From the NCBI GenBank assembly GCA_902793435.1, contig CADBDF010000002.1:71623-135622 (forward strand): 64,000 nucleotides of DNA, written 5' to 3'. Below, piece after piece: positions 61,534 to 64,000 of the stretch. This stretch comes from an uncultured Pseudomonadota bacterium (GTDB taxonomy: Bacteria > Pseudomonadota > Alphaproteobacteria > Rs-D84). Made by a program: the position numbers and the translations under genes. The first letter of the stretch is position 1. The number at the start of each line of letters is the position of its first letter. Under the pieces are notes generated by a model. The model ran no database searches. It had not been told where the DNA came from and worked only from the letters and a program-made list of their open reading frames with translations.

Positions 61534-63294
61534 TTACTGTGCGCGCATTCCAAACCCGATTTTGTGTGTTGTGCCACATGTGTCGCGTATCGATAGTAAA
61601 TCATCAATCATTGGAATTGTGAATTCTGTTTTGATATCCATACCGTTGTTTGCCAATAATTGCCGGCGCAATAAAGTTGCCAATTCGCGTTGCAAACCAC
61701 GAACACCTTGTTCAGATGTATAATTGCGGACAATGTGACGTATTGCATCATCACTGATGATTATATTATTTACGTCCCAACCGTTGTCGTCAGCCACACG
61801 TTTAATTAAATGTTCGCGTGCGATTTGGACTTTGTCATCTTCGCTGTATCCTGGAATATTTATGATTTCCATGCGGTCGCGCAATGCAGACGACATGTTT
61901 AACGAGTTTGCAGTTGCGATAAATAAAACATTAGACAGGTCAAAATCAACCTCTAAGTAATGGTCGCGGAAAGTTTTGTTCTGTTCGGGATCCAAAATTT
62001 CCAATAATGCAGATTCTGGGTCACCGCGCCAATCGCGTCCCATTTTATCGATTTCGTCCAATACAATAACTGGGTTATTTGTTTTGCAGCGTTTTAGTGC
62101 ATCCATTATACGACCAGTTTGTGCGCCGATATATGTTTTTCTGTGTCCGCGAAAATGTGATTCATCGGAAATACCCCCCAAAGAAATTCTTTGGTATTTA
62201 CGCCCCAATGCGTTTGCGATTGATTTGCAAAGTGATGTTTTGCCAACACCGGGCGCACCGACAAAGCACAGAATACTGCCACGTGGGGCACCGGTTTTTT
62301 TCATAACCGCGATATGTTCCAAAATGCGTTCTTTGACAGGGCGCATACCAGAATGTTCGGCATCCAAGATTTCGCGTGCGGTTTTTAAATCAATTGGTGC
62401 CTGGATAGATTTTCCCCATGGCATAGATAATAATTCGTCCAAATAATTTTTTATTAAACCGCCTTCTTGGGACATTGGTGACAAAGAACGCATACGTTTC
62501 CATTCCATTTTTGCCTTGTCCATAACGTCTGGGGGTAATGCCGCATTTTCGATTTTTTTACGCATATTTGCGGTATCTGCTTCTTCGTTATCTTCGCCCA
62601 TTTCATGCTGAATTGCGCGTAATTTTTCTTGCAAAATGGCATCCCTGCGCCCATTTTCCATTTGTTGATGAATACGACGGTTGATGTCATCTTCGATTTT
62701 TGCAGTTTCGTTAAATAAATTGACCTGTTCTAATAACATAATCAATTTTTCGCGCCAACAGTTTGCGGCCAAGATTTTAATTGCCGTTTCTGTTTCCAGA
62801 TTTAGACTTTGTATTACACTGTCGATAAATGCGGGCAGGGGGTAATTACGAACCACATTGTATAATTTATCCATTTTTATTTTTTTTGCCCCAGCCAAAT
62901 TCCGCAGGTTTTCAGTAATTTTATCACGCAAAGCAATTGTTTGTTCGAATTGGCTGTCGTCTAAAATTTCAATTTTTTGTGTGTCAGCCATAAAAACGCC
63001 ATCGACTAATTTAACATCGCTTATTTTTACGGCATCTGTCGTTTGAACAATTGCATGAACCGAACCGTCAGGCAGGTTTAACACCTGGACGATATTGCCA
63101 ATTGTGCCAACATCATACAAATCATCTGGGTCGATCGGGTATCCCCAAGAACGTTGTGGGGTCAATACAATTTGTTGTCCAAAATTGGATGCGGTTTTCA
63201 ATGCATCCACAGAGGTAGGATTGTCCAGATAAATTGGCATCGTCAATCCCGGATGCACAACCAAATCACGAAGAGGTAAAATATAATTTTTCAT
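61534..63294 (-). CDS. lon: Lon-family ATPase lacking the C-terminal Ser-Lys protease domain
   Basis: The Lon N-terminal domain is LPLRDLVVHPGLTMPIYL. The AAA+ module has GAPGVGKTS, VIVLDEIDK, and sensor GVRGLQRE. The ORF stops at ...THKIGFGMRAQ, the position where the proteolytic domain begins in canonical Lon. Confidence 0.85.
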   Translation of the reverse strand: MKNYILPLRDLVVHPGLTMPIYLDNPTSVDALKTASNFGQQIVLTPQRSWGYPIDPDDLYDVGTIGNIVQVLNLPDGSVHAIVQTTDAVKISDVKLVDGVFMADTQKIEILDDSQFEQTIALRDKITENLRNLAGAKKIKMDKLYNVVRNYPLPAFIDSVIQSLNLETETAIKILAANCWREKLIMLLEQVNLFNETAKIEDDINRRIHQQMENGRRDAILQEKLRAIQHEMGEDNEEADTANMRKKIENAALPPDVMDKAKMEWKRMRSLSPMSQEGGLIKNYLDELLSMPWGKSIQAPIDLKTAREILDAEHSGMRPVKERILEHIAVMKKTGAPRGSILCFVGAPGVGKTSLCKSIANALGRKYQRISLGGISDESHFRGHRKTYIGAQTGRIMDALKRCKTNNPVIVLDEIDKMGRDWRGDPESALLEILDPEQNKTFRDHYLEVDFDLSNVLFIATANSLNMSSALRDRMEIINIPGYSEDDKVQIAREHLIKRVADDNGWDVNNIIISDDAIRHIVRNYTSEQGVRGLQRELATLLRRQLLANNGMDIKTEFTIPMIDDLLSIRDTCGTTHKIGFGMRAQ

Positions 63295-63303
63295 AGCATG
63301 TCT

Positions 63304-63332
63304 AATATAGATTCTTTTTGCGTTTTTTCAAG
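63304..63332 (-). promoter_or_regulatory. Candidate heat-shock (sigma32-type) promoter of lon
   Basis: The minus strand reads CTTGAAA, a 13-15 nt spacer, then CTATATT, ending 9 nt before the ATG. No Shine-Dalgarno sequence is visible. Confidence 0.35.
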
Positions 63333-63335
63333 ATA

Positions 63336-63368
63336 AAAACCCCAATATTTTTTATTGGGGGTTTTATT
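63336..63368. terminator. Bidirectional intrinsic terminator
   Basis: The stem aaccccaat/attggggtt has flanking A- and T-runs. Confidence 0.65.
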
Positions 63369-63388
63369 TTTAATGTTGCATGTGCAAA

Positions 63389-63622
63389 TTAACGACGACG
63401 AAATCCGTTGCCAGAAAAAGATGCACTGTTTGATGCAGAACGTTTTGACAAATAGCGAGCCGCAATCAAAACCAACCATTCCACAGATAATGCCGCCAAT
63501 GCCATCAATGTTTTTTCACAATCGTCCATGCCAAATAATGCGTACGCAATTTGCGCCACAAAAGAAATGTACAAAATGCCGAACATACCTGTAAAAAATA
63601 ATTTTTTAATTTTTCCAACCAT
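63389..63622 (-). CDS. Small membrane protein, hypothetical
   Basis: The RBS aaggaa precedes the ATG. Two hydrophobic helices and a basic tail are present. Confidence 0.45.
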   Translation of the reverse strand: MVGKIKKLFFTGMFGILYISFVAQIAYALFGMDDCEKTLMALAALSVEWLVLIAARYLSKRSASNSASFSGNGFRRR

Positions 63623-63659
63623 TTTTTATTCCTTTGTTTTTTTATTAATAATTTAAAAA

Positions 63660-63990
63660 AAGTGCCAGGTTTCTGGTGCCAGGTACCCGGCGGACCCCGC
63701 AATAACTAAAACGATATAATCAACAATTGCCAATTATATCAATGCTATATTAAGCAGCCATTGCAAGGCGAACATTGTCGTTCGCAGCGATTCTATCGCC
63801 ATTCAGTTTTTTGTTTAGTGTTTAACGACGACCATGTCGAATTCAGCCATCGGCCTTTACTGCGTCTGTCGAAACTATGTCAGCCCCATAAAGATAAATA
63901 TGGTGGAGCTGTGGGGTACCGCCCCCCAGTCCAAAACGACTATTCCGCTGTGGGTTCAGAATCATCACTGCATCGCAGCCCACAAATTAT
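63660..63990 (-). ncRNA. ssrA: Two-piece (circularly permuted) tmRNA: acceptor piece upstream, coding piece downstream
   Basis: On the minus strand the acceptor piece ends ...TGGGG-GGCGGTA-CCCCA-CAGCTCC-A-CCA at 63901. After a 13-nt spacer the coding piece begins GGGGCTGACATAGTTTCGAC at 63887. GGGGCTG pairs with CAGCTCC and includes G3:U70. The tag ORF GCG AAC GAC AAT GTT CGC CTT GCA ATG GCT GCT TAA (63785-63750) encodes ANDNVRLAMAA. The 5' and 3' limits are approximate. Confidence 0.8.
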
Positions 63991-64000
63991 AAATCTTTGT

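Overview
This is a moderately AT-rich chromosomal window that looks alphaproteobacterial. It has a CcrM-type adenine methyltransferase, a circularly permuted two-piece tmRNA with tag ANDNVRLAMAA, and alpha-type RecO, L28 and S6-S18-L9 genes. The housekeeping backbone is eno, rpmB, rpsU, clpB, rnhB, pgk, clpP-clpX, infA, nrdR, an Slt-type transglycosylase, rpsF-rpsR-rplI, recO, a DsbA-like oxidoreductase, rimI-tsaB, lon, tRNA-Leu/Ala/Gln and ssrA. Roughly a quarter of the window, summed from the coordinates below, encodes lineage-specific cysteine-rich proteins with signal peptides. Many of these carry glycine-zipper helices, and I cannot assign them to a named family. There are also two ankyrin-repeat proteins. 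Four observations stand out. (1) Two tandem small paralogs (57087-58285) each contain a 114-nt A-poor, GC-rich hypervariable block. The two blocks differ almost only at codon positions 1-2, while the scaffold codons are identical at every position. This is the signature of DGR variable regions, yet no reverse transcriptase or template repeat is in the window. (2) Two exported, tail-fibre-like mosaic genes (38615-39985 minus, 49383-51428 plus) share three inverted homology blocks. They bracket about 9.4 kb that holds three giant cysteine-rich paralogs, infA and an MscS channel, so the layout could support inversion-mediated domain swapping. (3) Lon ends exactly where its protease domain should begin, and ClpB lacks its N-terminal domain. 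(4) Several candidate RNA or regulatory elements were found: sibling terminator-linked repeats, a palindromic operator pair, a nested-helix element and tRNA-Leu fragments. No CRISPR array, integrase, transposase or prophage core was found. All functional calls rest on reading motifs in the translations. No database search was run.
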